Shown here: positions 38,902-55,818 of the stretch, one piece after another
How positions within the stretch are numbered: position 1 is the first letter of the stretch
Layout of the letters: the number at the start of each line of letters is the position of its first letter
DNA from: the human T2T-CHM13v2.0 reference genome, Homo sapiens
Strand: one strand, 5' to 3'
DNA length: 64,000 bases
NCBI RefSeq assembly: GCF_009914755.1
Contig: NC_060944.1
Notes under the pieces: generated by a model
The model's input: only the letters and a program-made list of their open reading frames with translations
Databases searched by the model: none
What the model was told of the DNA's origin: nothing
Position numbers and translations under genes: made by a program

Positions 38902-39760
38902 GTGAGTGAACAGGTGACCTGCTGGGCTGGGTTGGACTAAGGGGAGACCCTCTGGGACACCCTGGGCCAGGACAGGGAGCACTACTGAAGCAGTAGGCAG
39001 CACTGGAGCCCAGATTTCAGCTTTCTGTTCTTTGCCATCATATTCAGAAAAAATAGGACTTTGGCTGGTGGACTCCACGTGCTTTCCACCTCAGTGACTG
39101 AGATATCAGGACTGTTTGTGGAAGTAATGTTGGTATGTGGCCTTGGCCTCAGATGTCAATACCTGTGCAGAATGTGCAATAAAATAATGAACTCCAGGAT
39201 TTTAAACCTTGGGTGTGGACACAGTCCCCCGTTTCTCTGCCCCATAAAAGCACTGGAGTAATCAGTACTCTAAAAGGAGGTTAAGAAACAACAAGCCTTC
39301 AGGAATCATGTTGTTTGAGGACCCCCATTTTATAAGGAGGGAACCAAAAATGTAGAAATGAGTGAGCAATTGCCAAGGTAATTCCCAGAGCCAGGATGGG
39401 GCTCAAGTCTCCTAGTATGTGGCTCAGGGTTCTTTCCTACTCCAATGCACTTCCTAACAAATGACAATGTGTCCTCTTCACTGCTGGGTGTCACCCCAGT
39501 CTGACCACTGCTCCTGAGAGACTTGGAGTGGAGGAAGGGGGAAGAAACAAATACTCAAGGGAACTCTGGTCCTGTAGACCACCCCAAAAAAGGAAGAGCC
39601 TTCCAAGAGTGTAGCTCCCAGAGGTGTACCTTCCCTACTCAGGCCATGGTTTGAGGATGCTGCAGTAAGCAGTGGATGGACCCAGACCCAGAGGAAAGAC
39701 ATGGCAGCTGAAGCAGAGGCTTACTGGGTATAAATGTGGGCTCGTTTCTTCTTTTAACAG

Positions 39761-40035
39761 TTCCTGTTAAAGGTCAAGACACTGTCAAAGGCCGTGTTCC
39801 ATTCAATGGACAAGATCCCGTTAAAGGACAAGTTTCAGTTAAAGGTCAAGATAAAGTCAAAGCGCAAGAGCCAGTCAAAGGTCCAGTCTCCACTAAGCCT
39901 GGCTCCTGCCCCATTATCTTGATCCGGTGCGCCATGTTGAATCCCCCTAACCGCTGCTTGAAAGATACTGACTGCCCAGGAATCAAGAAGTGCTGTGAAG
40001 GCTCTTGCGGGATGGCCTGTTTCGTTCCCCAGTGA
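39761..40035 (+). CDS. PI3: Elafin / trappin-2, coding exon 2 (cementoin repeats + WAP domain)
   Basis: Acceptor cttttaacag; VPVKGQDTVK...AQEPVKGPVSTKPGSCPIILIRCAMLNPPNRCLKDTDCPGIKKCCEGSCGMACFVPQ*; spliced CDS 79+275=354 nt = 117 aa; donor after 40036. Confidence 0.99.
39772..39897 (+). repeat. PI3: 18-bp coding repeat x7 (GQDPVK-type transglutaminase-substrate units)
   Basis: GQDTVK GRVPFN GQDPVK GQVSVK GQDKVK AQEPVK GPVSTK. Confidence 0.9.
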
Positions 40036-40269
40036 GGTGAGCACTAGCTGGAGAACGAGGAGACCCCTGAAGACACAAAAGAAGGCTGAGCGGTGGGGAA
40101 GCATCCCAGGTTGGTGGGAGGGAGGTTGTGGGAGGTGACAGAAAGACTGGGAGACTGAGGGGTCTGAGAGGCTATAACCAGAGTGCCTAGAAGGATGATC
40201 TGTCTTCCTCACTGCCTCTGAGTGCTTTGATGTGCTGACTCTCACCTCTGATACTCTTCTCTTCCACAG

Positions 40270-40445
40270 AGGGAGCCGGTCCTTGCTGCACCTGTGCCGT
40301 CCCCAGAGCTACAGGCCCCATCTGGTCCTAAGTCCCTGCTGCCCTTCCCCTTCCCACACTGTCCATTCTTCCTCCCATTCAGGATGCCCACGGCTGGAGC
40401 TGCCTCTCTCATCCACTTTCCAATAAAGAGTTCCTTCTGCTCCAC
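40270..40445 (+). other. PI3: PI3 non-coding exon 3 (3'UTR) with AATAAA at 40422-40427
   Basis: Acceptor cttctcttccacag at 40269; poly(A) signal; 3' end approximate. Confidence 0.9.
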
Positions 40446-42619
40446 TTGTTTCTGGTTCCTATGACTTCTGGGCTCCTGGATGCTTTGGGGAAATGGATGT
40501 AGAATTGGGACTTCTTCTCTCCAGTGAAGAGGGGAAACGGTCCCATGGTGAAAGAGAGCAGGGCGGGGGGAGGAAACAGGAGGCACATTGCTAGGGCTTC
40601 ATATTACAAATCCAATAATCAGCCCCAGTGCTGCCAGCTCCTTTTCACCAGGAAATGGAAATATGGAAATCTTGCCTTTGGCCAAGGACCAGGAAAAACA
40701 CAAAACACAAAAAATAAATAAACATTACATAAACCATAAGCAGGTCTTTTTTTTCCAATCCACCATCAGTCCTGACCTGGCTACTGTCGGCCTTACCAGT
40801 GTGACCAGCCAACCCTTATGGCTGCAACTACAGCTCCCCACTTCCTTCTCATTAATGTTTCCCAGGAATCTATATCTTTTCAACACCACATAGAAAGGAT
40901 GATGTTACAGATGCTGCGAAACTCCTGCTCTTTAGAATTTCACTGGTTTATGCCTGAGATTCCTCCATGAAGTAGCATTCCTTTAGGTTAAGCAATATTC
41001 TCTTCCAGATTTCTGTTTTAAGATGTGAATGAGGAGGCAAGATACACTAAGTCCTTCATACTATGGTGTCAGAGGTTTGGGTGAATAGCATTCTCTGGAG
41101 ACATACATGTTGGGGGCAGGGCAGACTTGAGTAGTGGAGAAAGGGGCAGGAATATGAGCAACCTCATGGCTCTCCTGTTGACCCACTCGTCCCACTGCGA
41201 TTGCACAAGGAAACTCTCAGAGAAGGCCACAGCCCCCAGGAGGGGAGCAGCCTGGGTGAAGGGGAATAAGCACAGGCTTGACAGTCAGGTGATCTCAGCA
41301 CTGGCTTTGCCTCCCCACGTATTGGGTGACCTCTGGCAAATGTATGTCCCCCTTCCAGGCCTCAGAGGTCTATTTCAGTTGAGGGGGTAAGGTATAATTA
41401 TTCTGCAAAGGAAGGTCTAATCCTGCCACTCTGGGATATGAAACAGCTCTTCTTTGTGTATTGGGTTCTTGCTCTGAGATGACATGGGGAGCAGAGGCTT
41501 GGGGTGAGACAATGTGGATCCCTGCACCACTTTGCCCCATCCACGAGCATCTGAGCCATGATTTTTCCCTATTGTTCAGAGGCTAGTCCGAACAACTGTA
41601 GGGCTTTGACACTAGGGTGTCTTGGAGTACAGGTGACAGCAGTACCCAAACTTCTGGCTTGACAAATACAAAATACATCATTGGAGGAAATAATGGTTTC
41701 TGTTTTTTAATATTTACTCTATTTCCTATACCTAGTAGATTACATGTATTGTCACTTATTTTTCATAAGTCCCTTTCAGATGGCCATTATACATATTTTA
41801 TTTTCTAATTTTGTAAAAAGATTGAAGCTAAGAGAGATTAAGTAACCATTAAAAGCCACAAGGTTAGTAAGTGATAGTAAATGATATTTTTATTATATGC
41901 TAGCAACAATCAGTTAGACATGCTGCATTTTCTATTATTAATATCAACAAAATCACACCATTGCTATAAATAAACAAGAGAGAGGCAGAGCTTTAGAAGA
42001 GAAATCTATGTAACTTTTCAGAGGCATATAAAAATGCTTGAATATACACATACTCACAATACATGAATATGCACATATCACAATACATGAAGACTATGTG
42101 GTGAAGATGTCACTATTTACTCAATATTTAATATTTATTTAATTTATCCCTAAGGTGTATTATACCCAAAATCCATTTTTAATATGGTGTGGTTATGGAG
42201 GTTAAGGGAACTTGAAACCATACTTAAGTTTATGGGGAAGCATAAATTCTTGTGAATAGGCGTAGATGTTTACAAATGAAGATTAACCCTAGGGCTCTGG
42301 AACCTCCTAGACTTAAAAAAAAGTTTTGCAAAGTAACAATAATCAATATGTTGTTTTTATTAGAAGAATAGTCAGGTTGAGAAATCAATAGAAAACAAAA
42401 GAAAACCCAGAATCAGGCCTCATTATATCTAATTCAGGTAAAGATCAATGTCAAGTTCCAAAACAATGAAGAAAACTTGAATTTTTTAAGAAACAAGATT
42501 CAGACGGTAGGTTCACTATTTGCAAAAACAAAAGAACTAACTCTGGTCTGAATTCAGGCAAAGATTAAGCCACTGAGAGAGAAAAATTGAAAGGTTCCAA
42601 AAAGACACTTTCTTTTCGC

Positions 42620-43662
42620 TCAGGAAGCAGGCCAGGATGACAGTCCATGCCTAGCAAGGTAGCTGAGCAACTCAAGATCTCACAGAGACCAGTGGTTTCT
42701 TCCATCCAGGATTTGCTGTGGAACAGAGACTGTAATTCCTTTCATGTTCAGTCAGGCAGGGACACATCTCCCAAGAAGACCCTGCCATTTGGAATAGTCC
42801 TCTGACTGCAGTAGGAGAGGGTGGAGCTGATACTGGGCCCCTCAGGATCTGCTGTGGCACAGTGGCTGGAGATCCCGATCTCATTGGCTTAGAAGGAGTG
42901 CACATCTTCCAGCAAGTTCCTGCGGAGACGTAATAGTTTCCTGATTCCAGCAGAAGGAGCTGAAGCTGGGAATGGCCCCACCTTGGGATCTGCTGTGGGA
43001 TGGAGGCTGGAGAGTCCATCTTGTTGGCCAAGACAAGTACATATCTCCCTGCAAGTCTCAGCACCGAAAGGATAGTTCAATTACAGCAGGAAGTGTCAGA
43101 GCTGAGACTGGATCCCATCTCGACCTGCTGTGCAACAGAGGTTGGCAAGCCTGTCAGGGAGGCTTAGGATCTTAGGCTATGAGATATGTGTGAGTCTCCC
43201 TCTGGGTTGTTGTGTGAGCAGCTCTGAGCTGGGACCTCAGCTGATGGGGGCTGGAGCTGAATCACAAGGCAACTTTCAGATTCACTGCCCAGTCAGTGAG
43301 CAGAAGGGCCTTTCTGCCAAAGCCCTAGTGTATGTGATTCATTCTGGACCCCACAGCAGATGGGTTTGATTGCAGGCTCAAGGCCAAATGTAACCAAACC
43401 CCTGAATGGGCCATTTCTGGGATTGAACTCTGGAGCCAGCTCAGTGGATCAGCCACGTGGGTGTTGGTCTGCACTCTCAATATGACCCTCCAAGGTCTTG
43501 GGCTCCACCAGAGTTTCACAAACTTCCCCCTGAATCCAGATCCAGAGGCTCCCACAGAGAGACTTTGGACTGTGGATGAGTGTAGAATTCTTGTCATTCT
43601 GGTGGGACATGAGCAGGTGCCTTCTATTTCACCATCTTGGTTATGTCATTCCTTCCTCAGCA
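42620..43662 (-). mobile_element. L1 5'UTR remnant, paralog of 16935-~17900
   Basis: Same L1 start (ccaagatggtgaaatagaagg) at the same flanking position as in the left arm. Confidence 0.8.
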
Positions 43663-45054
43663 GTTTTTTTGGTCGATTTTGCAAAGCTTTAAGTTTTACA
43701 GTGGGGCTGGAAATAGCAGGAGAGTGTGAGTTCCAGCCCTGGGATTTGTTGTTTGCTCCCTTTTCACTGACAGGTATTTTGTATTTTTGGCATTCTTTGT
43801 TTTCAAGTTATGTTGAGGATGTGGTTTTGTTTAGAAATTTCTTGGTGGTGGTGTTATTTTATACCTCTTGGGGTGGAGATTGTGGAAGTTACTTATTCTT
43901 CCTCTTCTGCCTTCTATTGTCTTCAACTACCCCAAAAAAATCTCCTGGAAACTACTCTCTGAAAGAAGTTGGAGAAAAATTATTAATGCACTTGAAGAAG
44001 ATCAAGAAAAAAGAAAGCGTGAGTAATGTTTTGGGTGAGTTTGAAAGAAGCTATTTTTCTTGCTTCCATTTCATTGCTTCCCTCTGCAATAATTCCGGGT
44101 GTGATCCATGCATTGGATGTGTCCTCTAGACTCAAACCAGATTTCAAAAGCAGATATGGGGTACCAGTTCTCCTAACTTCCCAAGCAATGAGAGGTGCTG
44201 TTACTAGGGAAGACAGCCTTGTCCAAGGAGTGCTGGAACCAGACAAGGGCTTGGAGACCCAAGGCCTCAAAGAGAGATACAAGGCCCCAACATGTTTCAC
44301 TTTGCTGTCCCTGCATGGCCTCCCTAGAGATATTGACACCTGATTAACAAATCTTGAATGGCATAAAGGACAACAAAATGACTGTGGGGAGATGTCATTT
44401 CCCTCCTTACTTTATCACGATTGCACAGACCCCTGAAGGGAGAAATGCATTTCCTAATTTCACTCAGTAAGTCAAACCCAGAAAAGAACTGGTTCTCTGA
44501 TTCCCAGACATGGGTTCGTTGTACAATTGTCTGAAAATAGCTGACTTGATCAAATTGTTTCAAATGTAATTTCTATAATTCCAATTGATGCCTCAGTATT
44601 TGTCTCCTAATACTTGGAGTCTTTCATTGTTTTCCAATTGTTTAGAATTTCAAAGGAAATTATTAATTAATAGAAATAAGGAATTCACAGCATGATGAGG
44701 GCCCAATTTGGGAGATGTGACTTTGGACCAAGTATCTTTTTTTTTTTTTTTGCGACATCTAAGCTTGGTCCTGCCCACCTAGGAGGCTGTGTAACTGTGC
44801 AGAGAAGGGAGTCTTTCTACCCACGTTAACTTATCCAGCTTCAAGTCCCTTCCAGGTACCCTCTGTCCTCCGATTCCCTTCTGGAATTCAGGAACAGGTA
44901 GTACTATGTCACCTCCCAGACCTAAGTCTTACTCCTAACAGACCTGGATAAGTTCCCTGTTCTCACTAACCTCAGTAACACCATCTGGAAAAGAGAAGGC
45001 CTAAGCACGTGGAGTTTTTGAGCCCCTCTAATAGAGCCTCCAAACTACCTAGAG

Positions 45055-45670
<616 letters not shown>

Positions 45671-46716
45671 TTAAGTCCTCTAAAATGCCATTTGAGTGAG
45701 TCACAGTGGCTTAATGAGCTTAGCAGACATCAAGTTTTCAATTACAAGAGAAGACATATATTCTCTGCTCTCCTCCCTTTGTTTCCACCATCTGGATCCA
45801 ATAATCCAAAACCCAGCAGGGTTCTGGCTTCTTGTCTGAGGCCAGCAGCCCTCTGCTTGTCCCTGAGGCTTTATGGTGATTCCCAAGACGGAACGATAGA
45901 GCAGCCACTGGTCAGCCTCAGGAAAAATCAAGCCACTTCTCATGCCCTGTCTAGAACTGAGACAGAGAGACTCTCCTCCAACCAGTCATGTGGGTCAGCC
46001 ATCTCAAGGGTAAGCAGGTGTCAGCCCTAGGAGGTAAAAACAGGCACCTAGTGTTTATCAGCTCTTAGCATGTCCCCTGATTACACAGCCTTCCATCCAA
46101 TTTAGAACAGGAAGTACCCCTTGACATTATCACGAACCACCTTCTCACATTAAGGAGGAGAAAACTGAGTCCCAGAGAGGAGAATGAAGGTCTTTCAGTC
46201 ACAGAGTGCTCCGTAGCCTTGCTGGGCCTAGAACTAAGATGTAGCGCTAACTTCCTAATAAGGTCACTTTGATGGATCCACTTGATCTGGGCCATGAAAG
46301 GTGGTCCATTGGATTGAGCCTGACAGCCTAGAGTGATGGAACAGCATAAGGTAATGTGTGAAAGCAAAAACAAAGAGAAGACACTGCAGATGGAAGCAAT
46401 CTGGCTGAGATAATTTTCTACAACTCTGTGACAAGTCAGCTATTCTCAGTGGAATTTTCAGCACCCCCTTATTCTCTCATTTTAATTATCTTAACTTTCT
46501 GTATTTTTTATTCTTATCTCACACGTTTCAATAAAATAGCTTTATAGTATCTTTTAGCCTCTTTCATTGTGGAAAGGGCTGTAGGAGTTTTAGAGACAAT
46601 CTTTCTACCTCATTCATTTTTACGTTTGTTAGAACTGAATTCCAGAGATAGGAAAGAATTTGCCTAGTTTTTAGCAAATCCACTGTGATACCAAAAAAAA
46701 AAAAAAAGCCATGGAA

Positions 46717-47054
<338 letters not shown>

Positions 47055-47252
47055 TCAGTGAGATGGTAGAGGTTTCATATTGATTCAGATGTTAACCTTT
47101 CCCCAGTGACTGCTTTTTAATACCGTTTGCTTCCTTTCTTATTGGATTGTCCAGATTATTTCAATCTATTTGTAGGAGTGCTTATTATTTAAATATGATT
47201 CACTATTTGCTTTTATACATTAACAAATATTTTTCTGGTGAGTTGTTAACTA

Positions 47253-49007
<1,755 letters not shown>

Positions 49008-49924
49008 CCTCATGCTGGAGAAGAGTATCCGAGCATAGTTGCTGCTTCGAGTCACTCCAGGGAGATCTAAAATTCCAGGTGGGAGCATTGTGTCTACTGA
49101 GCATGTTTAGAGATGGGAAATAATTTGCCTAAATTTGTGATACAGGAAATGAAATGATAACATGATAATTTTTAACTTGTGTTTAATGATGAACAAGGCG
49201 GTACACTTTTCATATTGATTCATGTGTTAACATTATTTTTCCCTGTGTACTGTCTTTTCATACCCTTTGCTCTTTTTTCTACTAGGTGTCCATAATATTT
49301 CAAGTGATTTGTAAGAGTGATTCTTATACAAAGAAAACCCAACTCTTGCTCTCATACATTTAAAAATTTTTTTCTGGTTGGTTGTTAACCATTGTTTTAG
49401 CTAGATTATATATTTTAACCTTACAAAGTTTTTCAATTTCTATAAAGTCAAAATTTTTAAAAATTCTTACAAAAATATTCTCCAGTTGGGTATTTTACCA
49501 GAAAAATAAAAATTCGCCAGACTTTGAGGGTAGCTAGAGTTATGGTGTCCTTGTGAATGTAAATCTCCCAAGGTATTCTTATAAAGCCATATCATTACAC
49601 AGAAGAATGAGAAAACCTCAGAAACATCATTTCTTCAGCAAAATCTGAAGTCAGAGAACAGTAAAAACTTCAAATTATACAGAAAGAACATCTGATTTTC
49701 AATGGAGAGCTCTCTTGAACTTCTGCCTCTACCCTTTTCAAAGGAAACAGTGGGGTCCAGAAATATGTGTGTAAAGAATAGGAGAGCCTATGATTGAAAT
49801 AAACTCATTCCCAGGAGGATGTCCACATATGAAAATACAGAGAAAGAGTCCTGGAGGCTCAGAGCATTTGCTAGACTTTCTGTGTGCTGGTGTGCAGTCC
49901 TTGCTGCTGTTAACACTTTACTAG

Positions 49925-51135
49925 GGTGCATTTGTCACAAGGAATGAACCAGTATTGATACATTATTAACTAAAGTCCAGACTTTGTTCATATTGCCTTT
50001 GCTGTTACCAAGGTTCTTTTTGTTTCAGGAGCCCATCCAGGACAATGTGGATTATAATTAGTGGTCATGTCTTCTTAGGCTCCTCTTGGTTGTGACAGTT
50101 GCACACATTTTCCTTGTTTTTGAAGACCTTGACAGTTTTGAGGAGTACTGCTCAAGTATTTTATAGAATGTCCCTCAACTGAGATTTGTCTGATGTTTTT
50201 CTCATACTGGGGTTGTGGTTTTTTGGAGGAAAACATCAGAGGTAAAGTGCCCTTCTTATCATGTAATATCCAGGGTACTGACTTCAACATGATTTACTGT
50301 TGATGATGTTGACCTAGATGACCAGTCTGAGGCAGTGTTCGTCAAGTTTCTACACTGAAAAGTCAACTTTTCCCCCTATCCTTGCATACTATACTCTTTG
50401 AAAGGAAGTCACTGCACAACCATATGTAAGATATTCCTTAAAGGGGAAGTATCTAAATAAATTGTTTGGAATTATTCTATAAAAATGATAATTATAATTA
50501 TTGATGTCAGATAATTGTTTATTATCCCTCATTTATTTACTTACTCAATTGTTTATTTATATCAGCGTGGATTCATAGATATTTATTACATACATTCGTT
50601 ATAACTTGTTTTGTTGCTGAAACAGTAAGAAGGACGCTTTTGAACATTAAAAGCCACAATTCTCAGTAAAGATATTAGTTATAAGTATGTAAGCACTATA
50701 TAGCACAGAAAACACTTTATAAAGAAGAAAATATGAGATACACCAAGGAGATATAGATAAAAACACAGTAACAGTAGGAGAATTGAACACACTGTATTGG
50801 TATAAGACAAACCAAGTGGACAAAAAAGTAAACAAGGATACAGAGGACACACCCAGGCCTTAAATACTTATATCAACAAAAATGAAATAAGAAGTGTAAA
50901 TAAATCAAATTTTCAACAAAAGAAGAAAAAGAGAGAATAAGGCCAAAAAAAAGCAATAATAAAGATAAAAGCAAATTTTTGAGGTCAAGAAGAGACAAAC
51001 AGTAGCTCTAATTAATAGATTTAAATGTTGTTTTTGAAAAAATTACAAAATAGGTGAACCATTTGCTGCTATAGTCAAGATGAAAAGGAGTGAAGAACAG
51101 CTAAATAAAATCAAGTATAATGGAGGGAATCACCA
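49925..51135. mobile_element. Old L1M fragments (L1MC-like 3' part antisense ~49925-50620; ORF2 pieces sense ~50620-51135)
   Basis: gaaccagtattgatacattattaactaaagtcc motif; A-rich degenerate ORF2. Confidence 0.55.
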
Positions 51136-51194
51136 CCAAAAGAGGGAAAAAAGAAAGCCCTGAGACTCCTTTGTAGACCAGGTTCCTTTCTCAC

Positions 51195-51270
51195 CTCCTG
51201 GCTGCTGTGCTGACCCCCAAGGTCCTGAGGATGAGGAGGCTGAGCAAGGGACAAGGCCACTGGTTGTCAT
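51195..51270 (-). pseudogene. Third, more decayed PI3/WFDC-type exon 1
   Basis: ATG ACA ACC AGT GGC CTT GTC CC- TTG CTC AGC CTC CTC ATC CTC AGG ACC TTG (MTTSGLVP/LLSLLILRTL after a 1-nt shift); ends ggag|gtgag; 5'UTR, promoter and intron start also align to PI3. Confidence 0.7.
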
Positions 51271-51549
51271 CTGTCTGGGCATTGGGTAAGGGCTCCTATT
51301 CTGTGTCTTCCCTAACATACAGCAGGGGCTGTGGATTTCAAGGATCATGGTGAATAATGTTTTAGCTTTACTAAGCAGGGCTCCAGACAAACATCATAAT
51401 AATTAAAGGGCAGACTCTCTAAGTAGCATGTCTGCTTAGTCAAAAGAAGAGATTTATTCTAAATTTTTAGCAGGATACCCTGTCCTGAGTAGGGCATAGT
51501 TACACCCAGGAACGAGAATGTGAGTCCTACCACCAGGTAAGCCACTGAC

Positions 51550-52200
51550 ATCAGCAGTGATCGTAGCTGAAGGTGGGAGACTTTAAAATGAGAATACAGG
51601 AGGGTGATGATGAGAACCAGCTGCCACCCACACAACAACTGCAGAGGCCACAGCTGTTGTGTACCCCCTTCCCTTCCACCTTCTTATGGTTTATCTCAGA
51701 GGGAGAGCCCATCAGAGCCTGGGAGAAGCTTCCCAAAGTGTGTGGAGCCCGGATCCCAGCAGTGCCAGGGGTGCACTGTGGCTGACAGAGGTACTGCTTG
51801 GATGCCCCTTCAAGGAGCACCTTGTTGCCCAGCTGCATGGAGTGTGGTTAGTTAATTGCTGCCAGCCACTGCTCGACCTCAGGCACAACCTCAGTTTTTG
51901 AGCTGAGATCACACAGAACCAGGGCCCTCCAGCCAAAGGCAAAGTAAGGCTGTAGTATGAGATTCTACCCTTCATGCCCAATGTTGAACTTCTCTTATAA
52001 AAAAATTCTTGCTCTTGCTCTTGCTCCAGAGCTTCCTGTTGGGCTGACAGAGATGTTGTCAGGACAGTTTGGCAATGGCATCCTTTGCCTAATACTGCTT
52101 CCTCACCTTTACTTTCACAGGTGTGACCTCACAAGGCAACTTGCATTCTTAACTCTGTCTCAGCCCCTGAGAACCCTGAGCTTGTTGGATAACCCAACCT
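51550..52200 (+). mobile_element. ERVL internal end plus LTR16/LTR33-like LTR
   Basis: Resembles recalled ERVL internal/LTR junction (ggggtgcactgtggctgacagaggtactgc...cccagctgc); paralogous to 14685-14980. Confidence 0.5.
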
Positions 52201-55200
52201 GCAAAACACAGCTCACAGATTTCTGAGAAGCCTGAAGATTCAGGATCAGGACCATAGTAAGATATGAGTGTCTAGGTAGCATGACAACAGCCAGAACCAC
52301 TTCTCAACAATTGTGTGATGTGTACACAGCTGCTGCAGTCCTGGACACTCATCACTGCCACCCATGACTCTGGAATTGGGTATTGCTGTGGACAACAATA
52401 CTACTTTGTTCTGGGAAAGAATGCCCCTTCATCCTTGCTTCTTTGAGTCACTCAATGGAGATTCAAGGTGACATATGGGAACATTACATTTGCTGAGCAT
52501 GTTTGTGCAGCCCTAGGCCTCAGGGGTGAAGGAAAGTGCCCCCTGTTTTGTTCTGTTTTTGCAGTAGGAACCCAGCTCTGTCACTCAGCAAGTCTCAAAG
52601 ATGGCCTTAAATAGGGAGATCCCACAACATAACAAGGGAGTTCCACATAGTGGACAGTCAAAAGCATGGACACATCTCCCATACCGTGGATCTTCCTAGG
52701 GTTCCAAACTCCCCTTGAAACTTACACATTGGCAGGTATAAAGTGAACAGCACAATTGTTCACCTCTGGAAATAGAAGGGCCACTCCCTAATCACCATGG
52801 AAATATTCCTAAGAATGTGCCTTTTCTTATTGGGCAGAAGGCCAGATATCTTTTTTTATCAGTTTTTTCAATGGCAGTAATTTATTTCACAAGGTCACCT
52901 TTAATGGGCCTGACCCATTTTTCTGCCTATATTTTAATCACAGGCTGTATCTTCAGCTTCTCCACACTAGATGATACCTTATCCTCCCAGCCTACTGTTC
53001 AGTGTTTTTATGGGCACGCTCATTCCTCAACAATACTGGTCCCACAGTATTTTTCTCTCCAATCACAACAGAGCATACCACTGCTGCCTCCAGGCATGGC
53101 AACACCATGTCTGGCCACCAACATTGCCAAATTGGACACCACTTCCACTCTCCTCACTGGAAATAGATGCTGTAGCCATTTATGCCACTGCTGCCGGAGT
53201 AAACTCTCACTTCCTACCACCTCCATGTCTGCTTTTTTCTATCACCAATTCTCAGTCCATTGCAGTGTATACCTCTGACTGTGTGAACCGGTGCATATGC
53301 ACATGTGGAGGCTGCCAAGAAGTCAGAGAAACAGGCATGTGGACTTTGCAGCTTCTGCTGGGAATGGTGTTTGTAGGCTTAGAGGCTAAGACAGGAAAGT
53401 TGCCCACACAACCATTCTCATCCCATTGTGAGCACTGGAGCACCTACTATGCCCCTCCTTTCCTTCACTCTGTGTTCTAGCCTCAGCTTATGACCTACAG
53501 TTTTAATCAACTGTAAAAAGGCAATGGAGATTGGCAATAGTAGGGACTTCACCGCCTCTTGCCTGGATTCTCTAATCCACTTACTTCCTTGAAAAGGCAT
53601 TTACAATTCTGTAATCATGAGGGGAGATCAAGAATTATGAGAAAGATGAGAAGTTCAGGGGCTGCATGATATTACTGAAATTACACAGAGACTCTAAAAT
53701 GGTAAATCAATGCTCAGAATTTGCATTGCAGTCAGAAAAGATATGGTTATTCTGGGATAGCTCCACTGCTACCATGTTCCTCCTAGAGGCACAATGTTCT
53801 CTAACAAAACAGTTTTTGCTGAGACTGGAAACACTGATAACATATTTGCAGGCTGTGTGTGCTCCATGGGGGTTGAAAGCGGGGATCACTAATGATAATT
53901 TTTGAACAACCTTCTTAGGCCTTCCTTGTCCAGTACCTCCTGGGATGGGGACACTCTGTTCTAGCTAGCCATGTGTGTCTGTCTTTTGGAGTCCAGAGTG
54001 ATAAGCGTCATGCACAAGTACCAGGTGCTTCTCAGCTTGTAACAGATTCCAACTTTTCTTGAATTTGAAGTTGGAAACTCCCTTTGAAATATCCAGACAA
54101 AACCCCCCATCTTGTGGATGGGAAAACCGGAATCCAGGGATCCATCAAAGTTTAATCTAGAAATCAGGGGCAGAGCTGGGGCTGGGAACTATCTGTTCTA
54201 ATATGATGTCATTCCCTTTGGTAGAATGTTGAAAAAGCAGGAGGATTCATTAGCCTTTCAAAAAAGACTAGTTGAGGGGTTAATTTGCCAAAAAGCACAG
54301 TGACAATAGGAATTCCAGGAAAATAGAATAATCCAAGCCAAAATGTGGAATCAAAGAAAAATATAGATTTGAGGAGACCCCAAAGAAGTCAGCAACTCAA
54401 CTATAAAGTAACCCTCCACAATATGCTAATTCTGCCACCATCCAGGTCTTCCGCATCACCTTGGTGTTCTCACTTGCGGTGTGCCCACTGCACGAGCTTT
54501 CTGCTATTCTACTGCACATTCACAGCTCACTTGGAAGAAACTTTAGTAAGATTCTTGGAATCTTTCTCACAGCAGGAAGAGTCCTAAGAGACCGAGCTAC
54601 TCCTTTTACAATAATTGAGACACAGACCGCTGGCAAATGAAATTTGCCCCAAATTTGGAAGACCATCTCATAGGCATGACAACAAAAGACTCATGTGTTT
54701 GTTTTAACTTGGTGTGGTTTTTTTTAATTATGGGGGTAGTTTTATTTATTTTCAAATATGTAGTAGCTACTTGCATTACTTTTTAATAAACCACATGTTC
54801 ATGGTCTATGTTTATTTTTCTATGAGAAGATCTATTTTCCTTATTGTGTTTTAAAAATTCTTTCAATATATTATAGAATATCTCTATTCCCACCATATGT
54901 GTTTATACATTTTAAAAATTTCTGTTTTCTTACTGTATGCATGATTTTCCCTGTAAAACTTTTTATTTGCTTGTAGTTAATGATATTAATTTACTTCAGA
55001 AAATCATTCACGTGTAAATATTCTACAAAACTTGTCTCATGTTTACTTTGAATACTTTTATAGTTCGATCTTTATGTTTAAATCCTTGACCACCTAAAAC
55101 GTACTTTGAAATAATGGGTGGAGTGGAAATCCAGTATTTACTCCTTGAATTGCCGGTAATCAGTCTAAACATCATTCGCTGAATTACTAACATTTCTTAA

Positions 55201-55513
55201 GTGATGTGGAATTCTGCCCTTATCATTTGTAAAATTCTCAAAGGCATTGAGTTTATCTTTTATTCCATTGAGATGTGTGCATTTTCTCACCATTAATGTA
55301 TGTTCTAATTATGTTGACATATTTTTGTGATAATTTTGGTGGAATTAAAATGTGTCATGGGTAACTCTCCCATGACAATTTATCATCAATATTTTCCTGG
55401 AAAACCTCAAATGCTTACTTTATCAGTTGGTATGTTCAATTTCATTAATCATTGGATTTTTATCTCATGGGCTTCCAACTTACTCTTCATTGTTTATCAC
55501 TAAAACCCACTAA

Positions 55514-55818
<305 letters not shown>

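Noticed and set aside
39729-39760. TATAAA and an in-frame 99-aa ORF start just before PI3 exon 2
   Set aside because: The ORF start is an intronic GTG and no in-frame ATG occurs until mid-WAP; simply the acceptor region
46260-46340. - strand FHGPDQVDPSK, a candidate cementoin-like exon 2 for the 51.2-kb pseudo-exon
   Set aside because: No clear 18-bp periodicity, no WAP domain, match too short
51690-51830. + strand reads KCVEPGSQQCQ...HCG..YCLDAP after an AG, superficially WAP-like
   Set aside because: Lies at what looks like an ERVL internal/LTR junction, lacks the DxxC and CC core, and has no upstream + strand exon 1
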